Shown: positions 50,601 through 60,745, numbered from the stretch's first letter. The stretch: DNA of 64,000 nt from a virus (IMGVR_UViG_3300028048_000089:32001-96000); one strand, 5' to 3'. Notes: generated from the sequence alone by a model not told the origin. Program-made: numbers and translations.

Positions 50601-51762
50601 CTGTTAAAGCAATACCTTCTTTTATTTGCTTCTCTAAATACTTAAAGTAAGTTTTATTCTTTGCAAGTATATCATTTCTTGCTTCTTGCTTTGCTCTATC
50701 AACATCACTCATTGATTGTGCTGGCTCATCTTCAATTTCAAAAGTTGGTTCATCTTCAACTTTATATTTGTCTAATAAAGCATTAACATCTGCATCATCA
50801 CTAGAGATAAGACCATTTTCAACACATGTTTTAACTGAAACACTTTTACCATTAGAAAGAGTTAATAATGTATCTTCATCATCTTCTTCAACTTCTTCAA
50901 TTGTAACATCATCACCTTTATAAGTAACTTTTTTACCAACTAATGAATCACCTGCAGACTCATAGATATCAGACTTATTAGCAATTCTCTTATCAACAAG
51001 CTCTTTAGCTGCATCAATATCTTTCATACTACCAACTAAAGTACCTTTTGGGTCATAAACTTTCCAGTAGTTTTTCATATTTGTAAAAAGATTATAACCA
51101 GGATGATATACAAGTTTATAGTCTTTGTACATTTGAACTTCTTTATCTTCTTCTAAAGAACAGTCTTCTTCTTTAACAACTTTCTTTTTGCCTTTTTTAG
51201 GACCTTTGAATTGAACAAAGTAAGCAGTATGGTCAATTGCAAATCTATCATCATCTGACCAATAATCAACATCATCATAATGTTTACTTAGAATTTCCCA
51301 AGCTGCTCTTGCTTCAGATTCAAAAGAATATCTAAATATATCTTCCTTTGTGAAATTATTAGTTTCTCTCTTTAATTCATCATATACTTGTTTCTTATTG
51401 AAAGGTTTAGCATCATCCATGTAGTCTTCCTCCATATTAAATGAATCATTAGTTTCTTTACCAAGTTTATTAATATCAACTTTAGTTGTGTCTTCTTTAA
51501 CAATATCTCCATAAGATAAACTCTCATGAGCGATAACAACTTTATCAACTAAGTTTTCACCACCTGGTATTCTATATACATTATAACCATTATTTTCTGC
51601 TATGTCAATTACTTCTGAAGAGGATAAACCATAATTATTAGTAATCTCCTCAATATCAAAATAAGATGGTACTTCTCTTCCATCAGCATAAGTATGTGTT
51701 AATTCATCCATAACACTTAATATGACATCATATTCTGTTGCTTCTTGTAATCTTTTTCTCAT
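47695..51762 (-). CDS. 1355-aa polyvalent protein with a Pol-beta-family nucleotidyltransferase module
   Basis: LLGSNVSYNYTKDSDLDIH (GS...DxD); linkers SLEE, ESLEE, ELKE, DLEE, ESIEE, HLEE. Confidence 0.7.
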   Translation of the reverse strand: MRKRLQEATEYDVILSVMDELTHTYADGREVPSYFDIEEITNNYGLSSSEVIDIAENNGYNVYRIPGGENLVDKVVIAHESLSYGDIVKEDTTKVDINKLGKETNDSFNMEEDYMDDAKPFNKKQVYDELKRETNNFTKEDIFRYSFESEARAAWEILSKHYDDVDYWSDDDRFAIDHTAYFVQFKGPKKGKKKVVKEEDCSLEEDKEVQMYKDYKLVYHPGYNLFTNMKNYWKVYDPKGTLVGSMKDIDAAKELVDKRIANKSDIYESAGDSLVGKKVTYKGDDVTIEEVEEDDEDTLLTLSNGKSVSVKTCVENGLISSDDADVNALLDKYKVEDEPTFEIEDEPAQSMSDVDRAKQEARNDILAKNKTYFKYLEKQIKEGIALTEFELAYYDEYKRLLKDASMKTLRKYSGVIEKSYKGDIEELLAWLRRAITNITVVAGDSLMKSTQEKVDALNKRDGTDVEINYQANKSWSSWIADISTKEDIVKDMPKEFLEWSYDKNTGQTIDDYSEGLVFNQKQSRLTSNPVVLDLLFEYDFKLGKQNKNESLEEDTNDEVVEETNEYKIVKTIQHNFKTVNGVARKGKDKVIYQVYFRTQDFNPATNRWMNRGWANSTSDFDSIEDARAYVKKYGKELKEEVKEIQVRDNENIEKDAEECPLPLDVIPNEMGINLSNVEKVKWDEQEDGQLKKVEIDFNPGDDLEEGIIGVSGINDATANKELLKILPSDLRAKEIHFDLGNQNCIFTPLSIKQATEILKNNGWAKPRDVSSLRKQEYDLGDKYRYSVYTNDPYSTTDALYEPDLSQAPQYWFDIVLGQDDLVSNRKTNKPATNITILGWGENKKQESIEEDIEKHVAFSCKDCPYRRECPRSDPLAPQWTGPLRAIFGCPEEYLIKKFGSPERYTKTNEIKEGIEKHNILIDKPSGKDVFEILTNANYNVRKDESKPILTYIINYNDKDYEVINYGWDGDNFFVDLDKSLIDEDIEKHDELNPKLFDGEELKPEIKDKIEQIAYQFIRELNEDGIRFTLKDIVLLGSNVSYNYTKDSDLDIHLIADSSGLECPDDLYPLLYSAYRSMFNKNYDIKIKGIPSEIYVEMDEPQAKSNGIYSLNNGWLKKPEQKDIPDLDESAFDKLFMEWEDKYFNLINGEPTAESIEDFIEDIYDLRKSSIASDGEYGLGNLVFKEFRNLGYLDNLKDLRKQCVSKELSLEHLEEDFSKEVCEKIYNATLSNNGGTFDKNTGEDLSGKDVLKSAYSVEFKSKDWNKRISEINKDEFIKALNELQSSEESAIADSIGTWSSTDGDAQASCGLNKLFKDRPEAEKFALEHGQDAIGSFDDNGNYKETIYKKDFIINKK

Positions 51763-51780
51763 AATTTAGTTCTATCTTAA

Positions 51781-51789
51781 AATTTAGCA
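51781..51789 (-). promoter_or_regulatory. putative late promoter motif
   Basis: TGCTAAATTTTAAGA. Confidence 0.65.
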
Positions 51790-51795
51790 TAAATG

Positions 51796-54700
51796 CTATT
51801 CTTCATCATACTTTTCAAAATCATCATATGCTTTATTTATATCAGGTAACCCTTTAATTGTAGGGAAAGTATCTCTCAAATCACCTTTATGCCAACATTC
51901 ACCACCCATGGCATCCATACCATTATTAAATGGTGTACCATAGCCAACATGTGGGAAATCAGTCTCATCAAATAAACACCAATTTTCATCATCTACATAT
52001 TCTAAAGCATATTTAGAATTCTTATTTTTCTTATTTAAGAAGAAATATATTGTTGCATCAAAGTCTTTTGTATGATGATTAAAATCAACTCTACCTTGGT
52101 CTGAATTGTTTCCAGTTATGCACCATTCAGTGCCTTTACCGTATTTAACAGATGCTTCATAGGTATTAATTTTTAAAACTAACCAATTATCATCTTCATA
52201 TATTTTTTCAGAACCTGCTTTGCCTAATTTATTTATCTCTCTTCTTGTTGGAGTTTGTTCAACATCATCTAATGCAGTTTTCAAACTATTAATTGCACTA
52301 TCATGTGCCCATTCTTCATAGTTTGAAATATCAGAGTATTCTTGAGCCCTTTTATACCTATCTTTAAGATTTAAAAGTTGCTTCTCATTTCCCATCCAAT
52401 AATAAATATCTTTTGCTCTATCTGGTAATCTATCTTTCAATTTAAAAAATCTATTAGCAAGTTCATCTCCTGCCCATTGTCTAAACTTTTCTATATCTTG
52501 CTTAGATTCATTTAGAGATTCACTAAAGAAACCACCTCTAATATATGCTTGATTAATTGCTCTAATAATATCATCAGCATCACTTACATCTAAATCAAAT
52601 AACTCATCACCTACAGACGTATAGACTGCTAAAAGATTTTCTCCTTTACTATCTACTTTCTCTTCTGGGAATATATCATACCAATAAAATTTTCCTTCTG
52701 GTTCAAATAAGTCTTTTCTATCTAATATCTTTCTAATTGCATTAAGTTGTTCTGGTGTAGGTCTTGCTTTATCTGGCATACTTAAATATGGGTAAGTAAC
52801 ATTCATTTTTATACAATTATCATAAATAGCATTTAGATTGTACCCTTTTTGATATGCCCAATCTTCAAAATCACTATGTTCATATATTGGGTCTTCTCCT
52901 ACTTCATCCCAATATTCTTGAGCATTATCTGGATTTAAGAAATGACCATTAGGAAGAATATAAGTTGACCACATATAAAGTTCTTCTTGTCCAAATTCTT
53001 TATCTAAAGCATCTAGAACATTATCTTTAACATCTTCATGTAAAGATTCTTTAATATTGTCATATTTGATGTTATATTTATCAGCATTCTGTTTTAATTC
53101 AGCATTAATGTTACTGTTAAAAATGTTAGGGAACTCATTTGTAGAATGAGCACCTTTAATGCTCACTATTTCTAAGACATTACTTAAGTCATATGATGAC
53201 ACACCAATTTCATCTAAGAAAACTATGTCATCATCATAATGATAATATGCTTTGCTTATTGTTTTAGTTTTATTAAAATTTTTAGCAACTGCATATCTAC
53301 CCTTTGCAACTGCTACAATATCTTCCTTATTAAATTTACATTTCAATGTTATTCTGTTTTTGTATATTCTGAATCTATAATAATCAGTATAGAACAGTAT
53401 TATTTTTGTATTTCTATCAGTAACATTATCAAAATGCACCCAATCATTATCATCAGGAATCCACTGACCCTCAATAACATCACCACTAAATAGTCTATAG
53501 AACTCATCATTTGTTATAGTTCTATAGCAAATAACCTCATCAGATAAATCATCTCTACTTATTGGTGTTGAAATTTCTATATCTTTGTTAAAAGTTTCTT
53601 CCTCTAATGATTCACCAAAGAAACCTCTAGACATAGCAAATTTAACATCACTTATAATCTCATCACTTGTAGGGTTATTAAATTGTAAGTCCCATTTTTG
53701 ATGAGCATAATTTGTACCTACAAATGCTTGAATATCATAAATCTTCTTTGAGTATTTATTCTTAAGAATGTAATCAACAAAATCTTGTAATGAGTTTAGT
53801 TGACTTGAAGTTATTGAACTATAAGGAATAACAAAGTACGCTCTATCTTCAATATCAGCTTTTGAGCCATCGTTAACTCTTATCAATTTAAAGAATCTAG
53901 TAAAGAAGTTTGTTAAGTTAGAAGTATCAAACTCATTTTCTATTTCTTGCTCATTAAGACCTTCAATATCCATTAAACATTGAAAAGCTAAATCACCATG
54001 CATTTCAAATCTTTTACCAGATAATAAATACTTACCATCTGGCATAATAAATGCAGGACCACAAGATTGATATGTATTACTTACTAAATCAGGATATTTT
54101 TTACATATATCTTCCAAAGTAAATGAAAACTCATCGCCCTTAATTTCTACTTCTTCATTCATATGTTTAAAATAATGAACTTGTTGAAGTCTCTTTTCAG
54201 CTTCTTTCTTAGTATCATAAGTTCCTAAGTTCTTAGTTCCATCTTCACTTTGAACTTGATATTTACCATTATTTAATTTAACTATTTTTTCATTTAGTTG
54301 TTTAAATTCATCTAAACTATATATTTCTAAATTGTGAGGTTTAGCATTCTTCTTTAACCAAATTTCATTTTCTGGGTACTGTTTATTTGCACTATAATAA
54401 ACATAAGTATGCTGAGTTAATTTCCAATCAACATCTTCTTCATTAATTTCTCCTACTAGAATAGTCTTAAAATTATTTCTATTAATGAAATTCTTATCTA
54501 TTGTCCAATGTACACCTAAGTTATTTAAATCAATTTGGTTTTTATCCTTCCAAAGTAACCCTCTATAAACTTTTAAAGGAAACTTTAGATTATTGCAAAA
54601 ATCAACAACACTATCAAAATCATCCTCATGGTCTTGAGTTGTCTTAGTGGCTAAATCTTTTTGAGAGTCTCCCATATTTTTAAAGTATCTCATTTGCTGA

Positions 54701-57700
54701 TTGAAAAAATTCTTTTTAACTTCCTTTTTATTGGTGTTATATTCTTTTAAAGGCTCACTAAAGAACCCACCTCTAATATAGGCTCTATTAATTGCTTTAA
54801 TAATATCATTTGCATCACTTACATTTTCTTTACTCATTAGAGAATAGCCAGCATATAATTCATTAAATTTATCTTCATCATGATGTGGATATTCTTTGTT
54901 TATCTTCTTAGCATATTTATTTACTCTATCTATATGAGCATGAGTTCTTTCATCAAACTTCTTTTGATAATCTTCTTTGTCTATCTTCTCAGTTAAATAG
55001 CCTCTACCATATGCTTCTTTACACTTCTTAAGAATCTCATCTGTTGTATAATCACTATCATAATATGTCTTAGGTGCATAACTTTTAAAACCAACAGTTA
55101 ATTTATGATGAAATCTAAAATACCAATCTAACCACATTAAAAGTGAATTCCATTGAGTTTCATTAGGCCTATCATCTGGTAACCAAATATATTCTTCAAA
55201 ACCACCATTGACTCTAATACAACCTAATCTTTCTAATTCTGGTGTTTCAACTTGCCAAAAATCTTCTTTTGCATAACCTTTATCATATAAGAATTGTTGA
55301 ACATCTCTATGAGTAGCACTACCTGAAGCACTATATTTACTTACTGGTATCTTACTTCTCCAAATAGTTAGAAATTTTCCATCTGGCATAATATAACTTG
55401 GACCATCAATTGGTCTATCACTTGTACCTATTTCTTTTTCTGCAAATTCAATAGTACTCATATCAGCATCTTCATTCATATGCTTAAACATCTCAACATC
55501 TTTAAGTCTCTCCTCTGCTTCTTTCTTAGTATCATAAGTACCTAAGTTCTTTCCTTTTTCACTTTGAACTTGCCACTTACTTCCCTTTTTAACTATTTTT
55601 TCATCTAACTTTTTAGTTTCAATAATAGGTTTGGTATTGAACACTACAAAGGTAGTTTCTCCACTATGTTCCCAACACATACCATCAAAACCTAATTCAA
55701 CTAAATGTTCTTTGAAATCTTTACTTAAAATATCTTTTTCAGTTATTTCTCTATTAAAGAACTTTTTGGCTTCTTCAAATACATCATTTGTTTCCAAATC
55801 ATATATTTTAGAAGTATCTAAAATGCAAGTAAAGATGTTTTTACCATGTTCTTTCGCATACTTTTTATCAGTAGTGAACCAAACACCAGGTTCAGTTTTA
55901 ATATGAGTTAAATCAAACTTGTCTATATCACTATTAGTTCCGTGATAAACCATTATCACCTTATTATCTTTATTTTCGTTAGCAACTTTTTTAACTATTT
56001 TTTCTTTAAGAGATTCTCCTGCTTTAGCATGTATATTACCACCTTTTCTAGGTTCCATAATTTTCTTAAATGTACCAGGTTTTAAATCATAAACAACTGT
56101 ACCATAACCAAAATTATCAAGACCACTAAGTCCTTGAGCATCTTTATTAAGATGTGTAACATCAACACCTTCATAACCAAGGCCTTTCATAAGCATTGTA
56201 GATATAGAATCTTCACTATTACTTTCATATGCTTTATGAATAATATCTAAAAGAGTTTTTTCATTAACATTAAACATCTTACTTAATGTTTTCAATGCAT
56301 ACTTTAAACCTGAAATATTTCTTGCTTTATAATGTATAGCATCTTCAACATGCTTTTCAATTTCACCTGATTTCATTGTGTCAATGTCTTTCCAAACATA
56401 TTCTTCAAGGCCATATTTAGCAATAAACTCTTTAACAAGTTTTCTATAATTATCTAATGACTTGTCTTGTTCTTTTACAGCATCTTCATAATCTTCACTA
56501 TCATCGGATAAATCATCTAAATCATCAAAATCTAAATCAATGTCATCATCGTCTAAATCTTCATCAACAAGAGTCCAACCAATATTAAATAATTCATCAT
56601 CTAATGCTTCTTCATCAAAATTAGAATTTAACCAAGTATCTAAACTTGGTTCATAACCATCATTAATTTCTTTTAATGTATCATGTAATCTATAAGCACT
56701 ATCATTATCTTTTGGTTTATAGAGATTATAATTATCTAATTCAATTTCATATATTGGTCTACTTGGTTCATAATCATACTTCTTTATCTTGTTATCTTTA
56801 TCTAAACCATAAGGCCCTTCTTTACCAACAAAATAGAAACCAGTACCAAAATGACCAGTACCTCTACCACCCATCATCTTTCTAGTATCTGTTTTCTTGG
56901 CATAATCTAAGTCACCCCAAGTGATTGCTTTCTCTTCATTTAAATCTTCATTTATGTGGTCTGCATATTTATAGTCTTTTATTTCTTTAGGCTCACCTAA
57001 TGCTTTATAAAGTTGTGTATTTTCTAAAGAATTTTTATTTACTTGTGACCATTCTTTAGTTACATCTACAATTCTAGTATTTTCATAATCATACTCTCTT
57101 CCTGTAGAATAGTCAACAAAAATATTTATCTTTTTATCATAAGGAACGACATTTAAGTAAACATTATTGGCTTTATTATAATCTCCACTAATATATCCAT
57201 ATTGTTTAGCATACGCAATCATATCTGCATGTGTATTTCCATATGGGCTTCCTATTAACCACAATTCTTCTCCATTTACATGAACACCAACTAATTTAAG
57301 TGCTCTCTTACTGTTTAAGATTTTATTCTTAATTTCATAAGGAGAAGAGGAAATTAAAATTCCTGTTTGCTCTATTTCTTTTAAACTTTCATCTAGAGAT
57401 TCTTCAATAACTTTAACAACTGAAGTAAAAGGAATAATGCCATGATATTCTACTGTTGAATCATTATCCAAAACATTCTCATCTATAAACAACTTTTCTT
57501 TATCTAATTTATTGGTATCTATTTTCAATACAATAATATTGTCTGCATATTTATCATAATCTTCAACGTCATCTAACCATTCTGCAGTTTCAGCATAAGA
57601 ATAAGCAACATCTTTATCTAAAGCAAGATAAACAACACCTCTACCTTTACTATCAGACCACATTTTTCTTCCTGTATTTCCAAGACCTTTCTCTTTAATT

Positions 57701-59583
57701 GATTTTAAGAATGGCTTATATGTCGCATGATATAGATATTGTGGTAATTCAAAATCCACTTCTTCATCTAATGATTCATTTACTTTACCTAAAACTTTAA
57801 CTTGGTCAAATAAACCAAATGTTTCAACATTCTTGTCATTTATACTATCATATTCAATTGCTTTAATTCCATTGTAACCTAAACCTTCTAAGATTCTCTT
57901 GAAAGCCATTGACCTTACAACTGGTCTTATAGCAAGTCTATATGGATTAACACTATACTCATCAGCAACATTGTCAATTACTTTTCTAATTGCATCTTCA
58001 CTAATGTTTAATCTTCTAATAATTGCAGTAAATTCTCTAGAGAACTTTAAAGGAGTTGAAGGAATCATATCAAACACTCTAGCATCAGTTTTACCTACAT
58101 CTAAAAGATTTCCTAGAGTTGCACTACATTTATAAACATAACCATTACCTAAGGCAAATGTTTTAGCATAATCATAATCTTTTGTAATCCAATTTATAGG
58201 TCTATTTAGATAACCTTCAATATCTTCAACAGAACCGTGAAAATAGACATCCTCAGACACTTTTTCGCTTTCATTGAGATTTTCATCATAATTTTTATTA
58301 AACCTGCTTAAATAGTCTTTTGAGAGACCTAAACCATTTAATACACTACTTGAGATATCTCCACTCTTAATATCAAAAATTAATCTATTTGCTAACATAA
58401 TAGGAAATACATACAATCTTCCAGGATGTACATGTTCTAATTCATCTGCATCAAAACTATTGATAAAGAAGTCATCAAGTTCACCATCTGACCAATCACT
58501 AATGCCACATCTATTGTTTGCCCACATGAATAATTCAGTATAGTCTTTTATAGGTGAGATTAACCAACCATCATAATCTTCTTCTAGAACTATATATTCT
58601 GCTTCATTTTCTAAAGTATATTTAAGTGAATTTAATTTTTCTTCTTTTGTATTACCGCTAAGAGAGGCTAATTCATAACCAGCAAGTGCAGGTAAGTCAC
58701 CATCCCACATAGAATCTTCATCAAATTCTTCACCTGTTATTCTTTTATACTCTTCTGGTGTTATATCTCCATTAGCACATGCTTCAAATTCAAGATAACC
58801 ATCTGGAATCATATCATCAACCGCAGTTAAAAGGTCATTAAGTTCATCTCTACTATAAATTTCACATTCATTGCCTGTATTATCTGTAAAAGTTTCTTGA
58901 ATAATTTGCTTTAAAACATTACTATCAATTCTTTTATTCATAATAGCATTAACTAAAATGTTGCTATTACTTTCATTTTTATAATCTGCTTTAATTTCAT
59001 CAATAACAGGAGCATTAGGAATATATGGAATACCTACATCTTCAGCATTAAAAATTTCACAACTATTATCTGGATATACTGCTAATGCATATTTAGTATC
59101 TTTGTTAATAAAGAAATAGAATCTTACGCCATTTTGTGAATAATATTGGTCAAAGTAACCTGCGCCTTCTTCTCCATTAGCCCATCTCTTTGAACCACTA
59201 ATACACCACTTAGTACCTTTACCATACTTAGCACTTGCTTCATAGTTTGTAATCTCATATACTTTCCAGTCATTATCAGAATACACTAATCTAGCACCAT
59301 CTTTTTCTTTATCTTTAAGTGCAGTCTTTTCTCTATGCTGTTTTAAAAGTTCATCCACATATTTCTTCAAATCATCTGGAGTACTATTTTTCATCCAGTA
59401 ATAGAAGTCATTGTATGGTGATTTAATTCTTGGTTTTAAGAAAATAAAGTTCTTAACTAGACTATTAGCAAACATCTCTTTATCATCATCTAGGATAAAT
59501 TTTTGAGTTGTATTATTAAGAATCCAGTTTTTAAACTTCTCTTGGTCTTCTTTTGCTTCTATGATAATTTTCTCTTTTGGCAT
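51796..59583 (-). CDS. ~2595-aa polyvalent protein with several ADP-ribosyltransferase-like modules (probable start 59583, MPKEK)
   Basis: VYFHGS, YLYHAT...VYL, GHFGTGFYF, VYHGT...GVWFT, VYRGL...ENE motifs; about 14 L/M-x-E linkers; AAGGA RBS before 59583; the ORF-track start lies inside the promoter motif. Confidence 0.7.
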   Translation of the reverse strand: MPKEKIIIEAKEDQEKFKNWILNNTTQKFILDDDKEMFANSLVKNFIFLKPRIKSPYNDFYYWMKNSTPDDLKKYVDELLKQHREKTALKDKEKDGARLVYSDNDWKVYEITNYEASAKYGKGTKWCISGSKRWANGEEGAGYFDQYYSQNGVRFYFFINKDTKYALAVYPDNSCEIFNAEDVGIPYIPNAPVIDEIKADYKNESNSNILVNAIMNKRIDSNVLKQIIQETFTDNTGNECEIYSRDELNDLLTAVDDMIPDGYLEFEACANGDITPEEYKRITGEEFDEDSMWDGDLPALAGYELASLSGNTKEEKLNSLKYTLENEAEYIVLEEDYDGWLISPIKDYTELFMWANNRCGISDWSDGELDDFFINSFDADELEHVHPGRLYVFPIMLANRLIFDIKSGDISSSVLNGLGLSKDYLSRFNKNYDENLNESEKVSEDVYFHGSVEDIEGYLNRPINWITKDYDYAKTFALGNGYVYKCSATLGNLLDVGKTDARVFDMIPSTPLKFSREFTAIIRRLNISEDAIRKVIDNVADEYSVNPYRLAIRPVVRSMAFKRILEGLGYNGIKAIEYDSINDKNVETFGLFDQVKVLGKVNESLDEEVDFELPQYLYHATYKPFLKSIKEKGLGNTGRKMWSDSKGRGVVYLALDKDVAYSYAETAEWLDDVEDYDKYADNIIVLKIDTNKLDKEKLFIDENVLDNDSTVEYHGIIPFTSVVKVIEESLDESLKEIEQTGILISSSPYEIKNKILNSKRALKLVGVHVNGEELWLIGSPYGNTHADMIAYAKQYGYISGDYNKANNVYLNVVPYDKKINIFVDYSTGREYDYENTRIVDVTKEWSQVNKNSLENTQLYKALGEPKEIKDYKYADHINEDLNEEKAITWGDLDYAKKTDTRKMMGGRGTGHFGTGFYFVGKEGPYGLDKDNKIKKYDYEPSRPIYEIELDNYNLYKPKDNDSAYRLHDTLKEINDGYEPSLDTWLNSNFDEEALDDELFNIGWTLVDEDLDDDDIDLDFDDLDDLSDDSEDYEDAVKEQDKSLDNYRKLVKEFIAKYGLEEYVWKDIDTMKSGEIEKHVEDAIHYKARNISGLKYALKTLSKMFNVNEKTLLDIIHKAYESNSEDSISTMLMKGLGYEGVDVTHLNKDAQGLSGLDNFGYGTVVYDLKPGTFKKIMEPRKGGNIHAKAGESLKEKIVKKVANENKDNKVIMVYHGTNSDIDKFDLTHIKTEPGVWFTTDKKYAKEHGKNIFTCILDTSKIYDLETNDVFEEAKKFFNREITEKDILSKDFKEHLVELGFDGMCWEHSGETTFVVFNTKPIIETKKLDEKIVKKGSKWQVQSEKGKNLGTYDTKKEAEERLKDVEMFKHMNEDADMSTIEFAEKEIGTSDRPIDGPSYIMPDGKFLTIWRSKIPVSKYSASGSATHRDVQQFLYDKGYAKEDFWQVETPELERLGCIRVNGGFEEYIWLPDDRPNETQWNSLLMWLDWYFRFHHKLTVGFKSYAPKTYYDSDYTTDEILKKCKEAYGRGYLTEKIDKEDYQKKFDERTHAHIDRVNKYAKKINKEYPHHDEDKFNELYAGYSLMSKENVSDANDIIKAINRAYIRGGFFSEPLKEYNTNKKEVKKNFFNQQMRYFKNMGDSQKDLATKTTQDHEDDFDSVVDFCNNLKFPLKVYRGLLWKDKNQIDLNNLGVHWTIDKNFINRNNFKTILVGEINEEDVDWKLTQHTYVYYSANKQYPENEIWLKKNAKPHNLEIYSLDEFKQLNEKIVKLNNGKYQVQSEDGTKNLGTYDTKKEAEKRLQQVHYFKHMNEEVEIKGDEFSFTLEDICKKYPDLVSNTYQSCGPAFIMPDGKYLLSGKRFEMHGDLAFQCLMDIEGLNEQEIENEFDTSNLTNFFTRFFKLIRVNDGSKADIEDRAYFVIPYSSITSSQLNSLQDFVDYILKNKYSKKIYDIQAFVGTNYAHQKWDLQFNNPTSDEIISDVKFAMSRGFFGESLEEETFNKDIEISTPISRDDLSDEVICYRTITNDEFYRLFSGDVIEGQWIPDDNDWVHFDNVTDRNTKIILFYTDYYRFRIYKNRITLKCKFNKEDIVAVAKGRYAVAKNFNKTKTISKAYYHYDDDIVFLDEIGVSSYDLSNVLEIVSIKGAHSTNEFPNIFNSNINAELKQNADKYNIKYDNIKESLHEDVKDNVLDALDKEFGQEELYMWSTYILPNGHFLNPDNAQEYWDEVGEDPIYEHSDFEDWAYQKGYNLNAIYDNCIKMNVTYPYLSMPDKARPTPEQLNAIRKILDRKDLFEPEGKFYWYDIFPEEKVDSKGENLLAVYTSVGDELFDLDVSDADDIIRAINQAYIRGGFFSESLNESKQDIEKFRQWAGDELANRFFKLKDRLPDRAKDIYYWMGNEKQLLNLKDRYKRAQEYSDISNYEEWAHDSAINSLKTALDDVEQTPTRREINKLGKAGSEKIYEDDNWLVLKINTYEASVKYGKGTEWCITGNNSDQGRVDFNHHTKDFDATIYFFLNKKNKNSKYALEYVDDENWCLFDETDFPHVGYGTPFNNGMDAMGGECWHKGDLRDTFPTIKGLPDINKAYDDFEKYDEE

Positions 59584-59612
59584 AATAAAATCCTTTATTT
59601 TGTTAATCAATA

Positions 59613-59621
59613 AATTTAGCA
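59613..59621 (-). promoter_or_regulatory. putative late promoter motif
   Basis: TGCTAAATTTATTGA. Confidence 0.7.
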
Positions 59622-59775
59622 TGATAAATGTATTTTAATTTGAATGTTTTACTCACGCGTGTACATACGCGTATAATAGCTTTATATAGCTTATATATAA
59701 TATATACATACAGTTATATAACAGTTACAAAAGAATTATATCAAAAGAAATACTACAAAGAAAAGTTTAAATAAG

Positions 59776-59798
59776 AAAAAAGCACTATTTCTAGTGCT
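59776..59798 (-). terminator. intrinsic terminator
   Basis: AGCACTA-GAAA-TAGTGCT followed by a T tract. Confidence 0.75.
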
Positions 59799-59824
59799 AT
59801 TCTTTAACTTTAATATTTAATATC

Positions 59825-60745
59825 TTAACCCCTTCTATAAGCATATAGATTATTGCCGAGGTCAATTTCATCACCATCGTAGGTGGCAAGGAAGTGGGCA
59901 ATGCCATCTTCACTGATGCATTCTTCAACTAAACTATCTAAGTCAATAAGATTATTATCTACAACAACTTGTGATAATTCTTCATTACTATAGATATCTT
60001 TAACAAAATCTTCAACATCCATATTAGAACAGAGATAATCTAAGAATTCATCTTTCTTGTATTCTAAGTCAACACTACTGCTTAAGGTTTTTTCAGCCCA
60101 TTCATCTTCACCATCAATAATGAAGTCATCATCAGTTAAGATACCCGCATCAACCATTTCAGCAAGTAATCTATTATCATATTCAGCATCACCTTCAGAT
60201 TCAATGTCATCAATATAACCTCTATAATAATCATACATATCATCTTCAAATGCACTCCAGTCAATAAAGTTATCTAAGATATATGATTGGAAACTTTCAG
60301 AGAATGCTTCTAAACCCATTTCATCATAGATTTGTTCAATTTCTTCAGTAGCAGCGTCATATGCTTCATCATAGGTGCCAACCCAATATTCACCTTCAGG
60401 AGTAATAAAGTTATGACCATCACCCCAAGAACTTAATTCAATATCTTCTTCATTAACACCTAAATGTTCAGCCAATGCTTTAATGATAAATTGAGTATCA
60501 TCATCTTGAATATCATCTTCTCTTAATTTTAAATCTTCGTTCATATTGTTTTCCTCACTAGAATTATTATATGCATCAAAATCTACATTGTCAATATTAA
60601 AATCTTGTCTTACTCTTTTATGTTCACTTGGAATAAAGTCAACAAAAACAGTACAAGTATCTCCATCAATTTCTTCTAAGATACCTTCTTTGTTATCCCA
60701 AACACTATTAGTATTTTTAATTTTAACTTTTTGTCCAATATTCAT
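59825..60745 (-). CDS. very acidic protein: small KOW/SH3-like N-module plus DNA-mimic-like module
   Basis: IGQKVKI...GILEEI; EDLKLRE linker; D/E-rich body. Confidence 0.5.
   Translation of the reverse strand: MNIGQKVKIKNTNSVWDNKEGILEEIDGDTCTVFVDFIPSEHKRVRQDFNIDNVDFDAYNNSSEENNMNEDLKLREDDIQDDDTQFIIKALAEHLGVNEEDIELSSWGDGHNFITPEGEYWVGTYDEAYDAATEEIEQIYDEMGLEAFSESFQSYILDNFIDWSAFEDDMYDYYRGYIDDIESEGDAEYDNRLLAEMVDAGILTDDDFIIDGEDEWAEKTLSSSVDLEYKKDEFLDYLCSNMDVEDFVKDIYSNEELSQVVVDNNLIDLDSLVEECISEDGIAHFLATYDGDEIDLGNNLYAYRRG

Noticed and set aside
59584-59622. ORF-track N-terminus MLNLLINKIKDFI of the 2608-aa protein
   Set aside because: Overlaps the late-promoter motif; the RBS supports the ATG at 59583
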